Positions 56,277-64,000 of a stretch of 64,000 bases of DNA are shown here, piece after piece (position 1 is the first letter of the stretch; every line of letters begins with the position of its first letter). Source of the DNA: Patescibacteria group bacterium (lineage in GTDB: Bacteria > Patescibacteriota > Minisyncoccia > Phycocordibacterales > PALSA-1337). The notes beneath the pieces were generated by a model. It had not been told where the DNA came from. It made no database searches and saw only the letters and a list, made by a program, of their open reading frames with translations. A program made the translations under genes and the position numbers. Location: NCBI GenBank assembly GCA_038065415.1, contig JBBTRA010000004.1, positions 26,092-90,091 on the forward strand, read 5' to 3'.

Positions 56277-59267
56277 TCAGATCCCCGCGATTCCACACCA
56301 CTCACACTTCTCATCATCACATTTCTTGTCCACCACTTCCCCGCTCCAGACAGCGTCGACGAGCGATTGGATCTCCTTCTTGACTCGATCTACATCTACA
56401 TCCGTGACCGGGATCGACACTGTAGGACACCTATCCTTGTCATCAGGAGATACGAATACGAGTGATGGAACTATCTTTTTCATACGCCACTTGATGTCAT
56501 CAGCAAGCAAGAGTTTGTAGAAGATGAGCTGGCGGAAATATCCTCCATCGGAATTCTTTGTCTCACCGCGAATCGCATTCTCAGACATGGCCTGCTTGGT
56601 CTTGTAGTCGAAGACCAAAACCTCATCCTGACGATCTAAGATCGCGTCGAGTTTTCCATGTATGGGTATATCTATCTTCATACCAGCATACGAGGCACTG
56701 AAAATAGTCTTCACCCAATGTTCGGCATATATCGCATCTTTGTCTCCTTTCAAGGCAAAGTGAGCATCAAGTGCACGAGCGACTGCGGGAGCGTCTGCAA
56801 TCAATCCTTTCTTGACTGCCTCTTTGTCCGAAAGTGGCAAGAACGATGTTCTGAAATATTCATGCACCGAGTCTTCGATAATCCCTTGTATTCGTGGCAA
56901 CCGCGCTTCACCCCCAGACATCTCAGATATATCGGATCTCCAGACATTTGAGAGAGCCTCGTGCATAGCATTACCCTTATCAGCAGAGATAGATGGAGCT
57001 TGCGGAATCCTAAGGATGCTCTGGTACAGAAACGCATTGGGGCATGTCAAAAAATGATTGAGTGCAGTTACTGAGAGACCCCGTTCAGTGAGGGCATGTT
57101 TGGCCAGATCTATGAGTCGCTCATCACGGATAGAGCGGCCCAGATTCCGCGAGGCGGCATCATTATGAGCTGCTGACAGCACAGGACCCGCATCTCGTCG
57201 CGGGAGTGAACTATGTGTCGCATGCGTTGCATCCAATTCTGCAATGAAACGAAGCGGTGTCAGACCCTTGCCGTCCGACTCTTCCAGGGCCGTAAGTACG
57301 GTGACCTTCTCACGCGCACGGGTGAGCGCCACATAAAAGAGACGCCGCACATCGCGCACATCACTCTGACTTGATTCTTTCTTGGGCAAGACAAAAGATG
57401 ATCCTCGAGTTTTGCCCACCCACGCCTCTTCAGTCGCATACGGTATGAAGACGTAGTCAAACTCAAGCCCCTTACTTCCATGAGCCGTGAGTGCTTGCAT
57501 CGGCACATCCGGCGCACCCACAGTGACTTTTACCATTCTTGATTCTGCCGAGAGCCTGTAGGCAAGCAAAGCTTCCATGAGCTTCATAGGATCAGTCAGA
57601 CTACCATCGCGGACGATGGATTCACCGAGTGTCACAATGCCACGCCACACATGCACATAGGATGGATCTCGCACCAAAAGTGACGTGTATCCAGACCTAT
57701 CCGCTGCATGGATGAGAAATCCAACCGGTGAATCATTTAGGAGCTGTCTCTGGATATGGAGGAGGCCAGGTAGTTTCTTCTCAAAATATCCTGCTTCACC
57801 TTGCCCACTCTTCACTGACCTCACCACATCACCCGCCTCCTCGAACGAGAGATGCCACATTCCTGCAATGACTGTGCGAGATAATGCATCTATACGACTC
57901 GGGTCGACCAGGTATTGGATCAGATCAAAAAAAAGTGAACCTACAGGATGATTGAATATGTCCACACTACGTTCCGATGATATTCTGATGCCATTAGTCT
58001 CACAGAGACGAATCACACGATCGAGATCACGATTTCTGCGCGCAATAATGGCGACAGTCGCGTGCGGTTCATGTTCAGCGATATTCCTGAGCTCAGCCGC
58101 GAGATGAGCTTCCATGGCCGCTACATTCTCGCCCGTAACGACTTCAACCGCATGATTATTTGAGGCATCTTTACTAATACCCCTTCCGCCCTTGAGCTCG
58201 ATGCGAAGATCTGCATGCTCACCTTCTTCATAGTTATTCTCTATCATTCCGAAACTCACATCGAGGATACTCTGGTGTGAGCGATAGTTGGTATCAAGAG
58301 AAATAAGCTTCATGGCAGGCCACCTCTTTTGCAGAAGCAAAAAATTCTCTACTGACGCTCCTTGGAATCGATATATAGCCTGCTTCTCATCCCCCACCAT
58401 GAAGATATTGGGTGTCTCGAAGAATTCAGCGATAAGAGCTACGATGAAATTCTGCGCATCGTTGGTATCCTGATGTTCATCGACAAGGATATAGAGGAAT
58501 CGCTCTTGGATAAGCCGGAGCAGAAGTTCATCATTCCTCAGAGTAACCAGAAGTTCGATGATAAGATCGCTGAAATCAAGCTTCTTAGCTTCCCGCTTCT
58601 TGAACTCATAGAGTTCGTAGACATCGGCAAACAGGAGTGTCCTCTTACACTTCTCGATAGATTCTTTTGCATCAGCTTTCAACTGCCCTTTTGTTGCACC
58701 ACGTGTGGAGATCGAATCAGGATCTTTCTCGATACGCTCGATCTCTTGTCGCACATGCTGACGCACCATGTCTGGAGTCAAAGCCTGTCGCTTGGATTCC
58801 TCGATAGAGCGAATGATGCCTGATACATATGCATCAGGTTTCCCTAGGGGACGAATATCTGAAAAAGCTTCGCCGGCAATGATTTCCCTGACCAAGGTCT
58901 CCTGTTCGATATCGGTCATGACCTTCATCTCGTGGATATGCAAGAAGCGGTCGGGATACTCGGCAATCATAGCTGACGCGAAACTATGGAATGTATAGAT
59001 ACAAACATCGTGAGCGCGACCCCCGATGATACTTTCGAGCTTGCTGCGCATAGCTTTGACTCCTGCATCAGTGTATGTGATCGCCAGAATACCGTTGGCA
59101 GGAGTATCCGTCTTCCTGAGGATGTTCGCGATACGCAGGGTCAAGATCGTCGTCTTTCCGGTACCTGGGCCGGCAATGACCATGATTGGCCCCTCGATCG
59201 CGTCCACCGCCTGGCGTTGACCCGCATTGAGCTTGGCATAAAATGTGTCGAAAGCTTGTTCCTTCAT
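56277..59267 (-). CDS. UvrD/AddA-family ATP-dependent DNA helicase with C-terminal RecB/Cas4-like PD-(D/E)XK nuclease and Cys cluster
   Basis: Walker A 'AGPGTGKTT' and the UvrD motifs, then C-terminal 'DYKTK', 'QLIFYKLL' (QxxxY) and 'CDDEKCEWCG'. The start is at MKEQAFDTFY because a hairpin lies in the upstream extension. Confidence 0.7.
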   Translation of the reverse strand: MKEQAFDTFYAKLNAGQRQAVDAIEGPIMVIAGPGTGKTTILTLRIANILRKTDTPANGILAITYTDAGVKAMRSKLESIIGGRAHDVCIYTFHSFASAMIAEYPDRFLHIHEMKVMTDIEQETLVREIIAGEAFSDIRPLGKPDAYVSGIIRSIEESKRQALTPDMVRQHVRQEIERIEKDPDSISTRGATKGQLKADAKESIEKCKRTLLFADVYELYEFKKREAKKLDFSDLIIELLVTLRNDELLLRLIQERFLYILVDEHQDTNDAQNFIVALIAEFFETPNIFMVGDEKQAIYRFQGASVENFLLLQKRWPAMKLISLDTNYRSHQSILDVSFGMIENNYEEGEHADLRIELKGGRGISKDASNNHAVEVVTGENVAAMEAHLAAELRNIAEHEPHATVAIIARRNRDLDRVIRLCETNGIRISSERSVDIFNHPVGSLFFDLIQYLVDPSRIDALSRTVIAGMWHLSFEEAGDVVRSVKSGQGEAGYFEKKLPGLLHIQRQLLNDSPVGFLIHAADRSGYTSLLVRDPSYVHVWRGIVTLGESIVRDGSLTDPMKLMEALLAYRLSAESRMVKVTVGAPDVPMQALTAHGSKGLEFDYVFIPYATEEAWVGKTRGSSFVLPKKESSQSDVRDVRRLFYVALTRAREKVTVLTALEESDGKGLTPLRFIAELDATHATHSSLPRRDAGPVLSAAHNDAASRNLGRSIRDERLIDLAKHALTERGLSVTALNHFLTCPNAFLYQSILRIPQAPSISADKGNAMHEALSNVWRSDISEMSGGEARLPRIQGIIEDSVHEYFRTSFLPLSDKEAVKKGLIADAPAVARALDAHFALKGDKDAIYAEHWVKTIFSASYAGMKIDIPIHGKLDAILDRQDEVLVFDYKTKQAMSENAIRGETKNSDGGYFRQLIFYKLLLADDIKWRMKKIVPSLVFVSPDDKDRCPTVSIPVTDVDVDRVKKEIQSLVDAVWSGEVVDKKCDDEKCEWCGIAGI

Positions 59268-59372
59268 GGAAGAAGTATAGCAGGAATATACCATCCGGGG
59301 ACAAAAAGAGCGCACATCCCCACTTGAGGATGCGCGCTCGCACAAAAGAACTATACCGAACTGATCAACCGA

Positions 59373-60158
59373 TTATTTCCGCCGACGGATACGCTGCGCG
59401 ATGGCCAGCGAGCCGATCCCGAGCAGAGCCAGAGACGAAGGCTCAGGAACTGCCACGGTCATGTTGTCGAAGTACACATCGTAGTTACCATTCACTGGAC
59501 CGAAGTTGTACGTTTCAGCGAACATCGTGGTGAACTGAGCCGCCAATGGTCCCACCACTGCCTTGGTATAGACCGAGGCGTTGTCGAGACCATACGTGAG
59601 ACTCGTCAACCCATCATACGACATCGAGAGAGTATGCCACCCTCCCGTAACGGGCGCAGCCAGATCAACCCATCCATTCACTGTACTTGCGTCCCAGACG
59701 CGCCAGGTCGTAGATATGTTGGAAGCCAACGTATTGAAGGGATCAGCCGGATCGAAGCGCCGGAAACCCATGATGGAGTAGTCGGCACCCGTTTCGTCAC
59801 CCACCAATCCCGTACGACCCCAGATATCCCCGCGGCGCAACGTGTTGCCCGTAAGGAAGTCTGAGGAGATGTAGATCTGCCCAGTCAATGTCCACGGCCC
59901 CGTGACGAGCGCCTGGTGTTGCCGACCTTGGGTCCGATAGAACGTCGAGTCATACGGCGAAGCTTCGGTGACGCCACTCGCCGTGATCTTGAGACGATTG
60001 TCGCCATCGAAGAACGCTGACGTGAAAGACGCAGGTTCGCGACGATCCGTGACCCATCCTGGGTCAATCGAATTGAATGGGTCCGAATAGGGTGCAGCGT
60101 AAGACAGTGATGCTGCAAAAAGCGCCACAGCGGCGCCAATGAGGAGGTTTTTCTTCAT
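59373..60158 (-). CDS. PEP-CTERM sorting-domain secreted protein
   Basis: A signal peptide and the C-terminal 'VPEPSSLALLGIGSLAIAQRIRRRK' (PEP motif, TM helix, basic cluster). Confidence 0.6.
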   Translation of the reverse strand: MKKNLLIGAAVALFAASLSYAAPYSDPFNSIDPGWVTDRREPASFTSAFFDGDNRLKITASGVTEASPYDSTFYRTQGRQHQALVTGPWTLTGQIYISSDFLTGNTLRRGDIWGRTGLVGDETGADYSIMGFRRFDPADPFNTLASNISTTWRVWDASTVNGWVDLAAPVTGGWHTLSMSYDGLTSLTYGLDNASVYTKAVVGPLAAQFTTMFAETYNFGPVNGNYDVYFDNMTVAVPEPSSLALLGIGSLAIAQRIRRRK

Positions 60159-60308
60159 GGTACGGATTAGCTTTCGGTTTGTTTTCAGTTTTCAAAGTGC
60201 ACATGCCACACAGCAGGTGCGTTCAAATAGAATATGACATGAGAATAAAAAAGAAGCAAGCTGGAAAGCTTGCTTCTTGAACCAAAGCGAAGAAACGAAA
60301 ACCAAACC

Positions 60309-61013
60309 TTACCGACGACGAATCCGCTGCAAGAACACCAGTGATCCGATGCCGAACAGAGCAAGGGATGAGGGCTCGGGCACCAATACGGCCATATCAA
60401 CCTGAGCCACTCGTGCACCACCTGAACCAGCACCAAGAGCAGTTGCATACAGGCTGAACGAGTACAAGCCGAGGGCGTTGAGATCACCTCCAGCGAACAC
60501 TATGTTCTGGGAATTTTGGCCAATGTTGTTGAAAGGAGCAAATACCCCCGAGAGTCCTTCAACGCCTGCTCCGTTGGCTGTAGTATTGTCGCCGTAGGAA
60601 TTGTCGAGATACGTCGTGAGAACGTTGATGGTGAACGGTCCGAATCCTGGACCATTCGCCGACAGATAGAAATCGAAATCATCGAGTTTCTGGAGGCCGC
60701 CGTTGGAAGGATCGGTGTTGATGCTGAACTCATAGTTCCACTTGGCTCTCACCGGCCCCGCATAGCTGCCTGGCGAGAACAAATAGGTGCCAGCGCCATT
60801 GTTAGGGGTACTGCCATCAGAACGATCTTTCGCACGAAGCGACAGATTGAGATTCAGATTTGGGTTGAAGCTGGTGACCCAGCCAGTATTGGGATTGCCA
60901 CCGCCATAAATGGCGACCTGCGTGTCATCATAGACAGTGGCAGCTGAGGCAGGAACCGCGGACGAGATGACCAAACCGCAGACGACGAGGGACAGGAGCA
61001 TGGACTTCTTCAT
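60309..61013 (-). CDS. PEP-CTERM sorting-domain secreted protein (second, divergent)
   Basis: The start is at MKKSMLLSL. The C-terminus reads 'VPEPSSLALFGIGSLVFLQRIRRR'. Its own terminator (gaagcaagc-tttcc-agcttgcttc + T6) follows on the minus strand. Confidence 0.55.
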   Translation of the reverse strand: MKKSMLLSLVVCGLVISSAVPASAATVYDDTQVAIYGGGNPNTGWVTSFNPNLNLNLSLRAKDRSDGSTPNNGAGTYLFSPGSYAGPVRAKWNYEFSINTDPSNGGLQKLDDFDFYLSANGPGFGPFTINVLTTYLDNSYGDNTTANGAGVEGLSGVFAPFNNIGQNSQNIVFAGGDLNALGLYSFSLYATALGAGSGGARVAQVDMAVLVPEPSSLALFGIGSLVFLQRIRRR

Positions 61014-61160
61014 AGGTAGTACGGGATTGTTTTCAGTTTTTTCGGTTTTCAAAGTGCGCATGCCACACAGCGTGCGCTCCTTTCTCAATATGGCACGGTA
61101 CAACAAAAGAAACAATCTTGCTGGATTGTTTCTTTTGTTGCGTCGAGTTGTCCTACTCAC

Positions 61161-62387
61161 CTAATAGTTCTTGAGTTGATTGATCCTCTCGTGCTGGCGG
61201 ATCTTTTCGTGGGCCTTGGCTTCAATCTGGCGGATGCGTTCGCGGGTGACACCAAATTCCTTGCCCACCTCTTCGAGAGTATGAGTGATACCGTCATTGA
61301 GACCATGGCGCATCTCTAGGATTTTGCGCTCCTTCTCTGAGAGGTCTCCGAGAATCATATTGACCTGATCGCGAAGGATACGACGAGACGATTCCTGTTC
61401 AGGAGAAAGTATCTTGTCATCGGGAATGAAGTCTTGGAGTGTAGATTTGCCATCATCGCTATCATCACCAACCGGACTCTCGAGCGACACAACATCCTGC
61501 TCGATCTTCTCGATCTGATATATCTTGTCGACATCCATGCCCATTTCGGTAGCAATCTCATCAGGAAGCGGCTCACGACCAAGATCGTGAGAAAGGCGTC
61601 GGACGACCTGCTTATATTTTGCAATGGTCTCAACCATATGCACAGGCACGCGGATAGTGCGTGACTGATCAGCAAGAGCGCGTGTGATAGCCTGGCGGAT
61701 CCACCAAGTTGCGTATGTTGAAAACTTGTAACCCTTGGTCCAGTCGAACTTATCAACGGCACGGAAAAGGCCGAGGTTTCCCTCTTGAATAAGGTCAAGA
61801 AGCGTCAAATCCGGAGAACGGCCGACATACTTCTTGGCGATAGAAACCACGAGACGGAGGTTGGCCTTGGCGAGGAGGTTCTTGGCCTCTTCATCACCTG
61901 CCTGGATACGACGAGCGAGATCTTTCTCATCCGATGCGGTGATGAGCGGATACTGACCAATCTCTTTGAGGTACATCTGAATGGAATCATATGCACTATC
62001 GGAACCGGTACGCGAATAATGCGTAGCGGCTTTCTTAGGATTGAGCTCTTCGATCTCGAGCAGACCTCCACCTTCGAGGACATCAACGTTAGCAGCGGTA
62101 AACTTGCTGTAGAGCTCATCGAGGAAGAGGATATCATTCTCGATCTGCGGGAATTCCTTGAGAATCTCGTCATAGGTGACGAAACCACGATCACGACCTT
62201 TGTTGATAAGCTTGGTTGCGCGCGTCTCAAAATCCTTAGCTTTGTCTGCCTTGTTGAGTTTCTTTGCTACGGGTTTCTTGCCAGCCTTTGTGACCTTCGA
62301 CGGCTTCGCCACACCCTTCTTTTTGGGAGCAGCGTGACGCTTGACCGAGGAATTCCCCTTCGAGGCCTTCTTTTTTGTTGTACTCAT
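61161..62387 (-). CDS. rpoD: RNA polymerase primary sigma factor (sigma-70)
   Basis: Regions 1.2-4.2 are present, with '[13 protein letters not shown]' and '[23 protein letters not shown]'. Confidence 0.9.
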   Translation of the reverse strand: MSTTKKKASKGNSSVKRHAAPKKKGVAKPSKVTKAGKKPVAKKLNKADKAKDFETRATKLINKGRDRGFVTYDEILKEFPQIENDILFLDELYSKFTAANVDVLEGGGLLEIEELNPKKAATHYSRTGSDSAYDSIQMYLKEIGQYPLITASDEKDLARRIQAGDEEAKNLLAKANLRLVVSIAKKYVGRSPDLTLLDLIQEGNLGLFRAVDKFDWTKGYKFSTYATWWIRQAITRALADQSRTIRVPVHMVETIAKYKQVVRRLSHDLGREPLPDEIATEMGMDVDKIYQIEKIEQDVVSLESPVGDDSDDGKSTLQDFIPDDKILSPEQESSRRILRDQVNMILGDLSEKERKILEMRHGLNDGITHTLEEVGKEFGVTRERIRQIEAKAHEKIRQHERINQLKNY

Positions 62388-62479
62388 GAAAAAGGTAGAG
62401 GTAGTTAATTAACCAGATGATTATAAAGTATTATCCTAGAATGCGCAAGGTTTTTTGTTCATCCAAAAATTATGTGCTA

Positions 62480-62508
62480 TTGACATAACTGTAAGTTCGT
62501 GCTAATGA
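62480..62508 (+). promoter_or_regulatory. sigma-70 promoter TTGACA-17-TAATGA
   Basis: Read directly. Confidence 0.45.
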
Positions 62509-62546
62509 TAAAGGCAGAATCACCACACAATCACAACTGAATACCT

Positions 62547-63758
62547 ATGAACATTCACATGCCCGGCCGCGGAAATCGCGACCTTCCCAAAACAACCAAA
62601 CCGATCGAATCGGTGCTCAGAAGATTTTGCACAAAAACGGGTCTCAATCCCGAGAATCTGACACTCACCGTCGCCGGTGGCAATTGGGAACATCGGATAC
62701 AAAAGCACGGTGTACGAATCATCAGCTTCACCGACAAGAACCCCTTCAGCGTCCACGTCCTCATCGGATGCGAGCAAAACTCGATCCGGGGCTACATCGC
62801 TTACCGCGAAAACGGCACAAGTGTACGGGCTCAGGATTTGCACGGACGTCTCTCAAAGTTCTTCGAGAATGGTGGCAAGGAAAAGTTCATCGCCGTGCCC
62901 GAAGAGAAGCCCTCTGAAGGTGCCGCGGAGCGTAGTACTGGAATCACCAAGGAGACCGAGCCTACCGGAGACATGCCAGCACCCGCAGAAGAAAAAGCGG
63001 ACTCTGTCACAGAGGCTCCCCCTGTGCCTCCTATCCAGGAACCTCAAGAGCCTACGCAGCTGGACTACAAGCACTTCTTTGACAACAAGAGCAATCTGCA
63101 TCTGGCTGTAGTGGCATTGGTTGCCAAATTCCAGCCACATCAACTCTTCACATTCGAAGACTTCGCTGATACGCTCCGGAACGATGTAGGGATCAAACTG
63201 GAATCCATGAAGATGGCCTCGATGACTCAACGATTCATCAATGGCGGATTCATGGTCAAGCGTTCCAAGCCGGGCGTATCTGCACGCTACAGCATCACCG
63301 AGAAGGCGCAGGCCTATGCTGCTGAAACCGTGACCGATGCTTCGGCATCCGTAAAGCAGCGCCCGCAGCATGAGTCCAAGCTCGAGACGACATCGCTCAG
63401 AAGCTTGATGGCGCAGTTTGCCGAGCTTCAAAAGCATGAGAGCCGTTACCAGGCGATCCTGGCGCAGGTTGCCGTGAACGACTCAACACTGAGTGGGATG
63501 AAGCTCACTGACCTGCAAAGGGAAAAGGGTCAGATCTCAGGCGAGATTGCCTCGTTGAATACGAGAATCGCCACTCTTCGCAGAAGAGAGGAGGAGATCC
63601 AGGCTATCAGTGCGAAAGCGTCGAGTATCCAGACTGAGACGATCGCCTTGCAAGAGAAGCTACGGTCCAAGGATATCGCCGCACGGCATGCCGAATTCAT
63701 GCAGATGAAGGCCGAACTCACAGAACTCCAAAACCTCATGGGAAACGCTCAAGCATAG
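62547..63758 (+). CDS. hypothetical protein with acidic/Pro-rich linker and C-terminal coiled-coil
   Basis: ORF only. No family is recognised. Confidence 0.4.
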   Translation: MNIHMPGRGNRDLPKTTKPIESVLRRFCTKTGLNPENLTLTVAGGNWEHRIQKHGVRIISFTDKNPFSVHVLIGCEQNSIRGYIAYRENGTSVRAQDLHGRLSKFFENGGKEKFIAVPEEKPSEGAAERSTGITKETEPTGDMPAPAEEKADSVTEAPPVPPIQEPQEPTQLDYKHFFDNKSNLHLAVVALVAKFQPHQLFTFEDFADTLRNDVGIKLESMKMASMTQRFINGGFMVKRSKPGVSARYSITEKAQAYAAETVTDASASVKQRPQHESKLETTSLRSLMAQFAELQKHESRYQAILAQVAVNDSTLSGMKLTDLQREKGQISGEIASLNTRIATLRRREEEIQAISAKASSIQTETIALQEKLRSKDIAARHAEFMQMKAELTELQNLMGNAQA

Positions 63759-63909
63759 TTTCTCCCATCGCACAGACCTCCCGGTTTGTGCGATTTTTAA
63801 TACCAGACACGATACCAGCAGCTATTGACATATTCTATAAATTATGTACAGTGATTGAAGATACGCCAGCATACGCTGGAGAAACCTTACGGCTATTTGA
63901 AAACACATT

Positions 63910-64000
63910 ATGAACGCTCAACCTCGAAACAACAGCGCCGCCCTATCGGTGACTGATTGCTTGTCGGATTTCTTCAAAAGGACCGATTCTACTGCGGAAA
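63910..64000 (+). CDS. hypothetical protein, 5' partial (runs off window end)
   Basis: An ATG at 63910 follows a TTGACA promoter at about 63827. Thirty codons are open to the window end. Confidence 0.25.
   Translation, partial: MNAQPRNNSAALSVTDCLSDFFKRTDSTAE

Noticed and set aside
59268-59345. N-terminal 26-aa extension of the helicase ORF (start 59345)
   Set aside because: The extension contains a terminator-like hairpin for the adjacent PEP-CTERM gene. The internal Met precedes the Walker A motif at a normal distance.
1-64000. CRISPR arrays, rRNA genes, IS elements/transposases, integrases, phage structural genes
   Set aside because: No regularly spaced direct repeats, no rRNA-like conserved stretches and no transposase, integrase or capsid motifs were seen in any frame. 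The only repeats are the inverted repeat at 24514 and the DY-linker coding repeats in the PKD protein.

Overview
This 64 kb window is a gene-dense bacterial chromosomal segment of about 50% GC, with no rRNA, CRISPR array, IS element or transposase. It carries one tRNA-Asn(GTT). A recurring, strong sigma-70-type promoter of the form 'ATATTGACATA'-N16-18-'TAnnAT' and many hairpin plus T-run terminators make the transcription units easy to delimit.

Housekeeping genes: priA (3' part), def-fmt, hpf, ndk, dnaB, recR, rplU, rmuC, thrS (with an apparent T-box leader), hisS, rpoD and a UvrD/AddA-like helicase-nuclease.

Accessory or unusual content:
1. Two tandem, separately promoted, monomeric 'mitochondrial-type' PheRS-like genes (PheS-like core plus a C-terminal FDX-ACB domain). 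The second copy is degenerate.
2. A minus-strand vWA / PP2C / atypical-kinase operon resembling TerY-P phosphorylation triads, with an isochorismatase (nicotinamidase)-like gene embedded in it.
3. Directly adjacent, a NrtR-type (Nudix-related regulator) NAD salvage and recycling island: nadE, pncB, prs, split nadM/Nudix and several accessory nucleotide-metabolism genes.
4. A mannoside cluster: PMI-type cupin, three GH130 domains in two genes, and a HAD-IIB PMM-like gene.
5. Two PEP-CTERM proteins that share a conserved leader element.
6. A perfect 42-bp-arm inverted repeat immediately upstream of dnaB.
7. A PKD-repeat surface protein with DYDY linkers.
8. Type IV pilin-like genes, a DsbA-like gene and a sensor histidine kinase.

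All functional calls rest on motif-level reading of the supplied translations. No database search was run.
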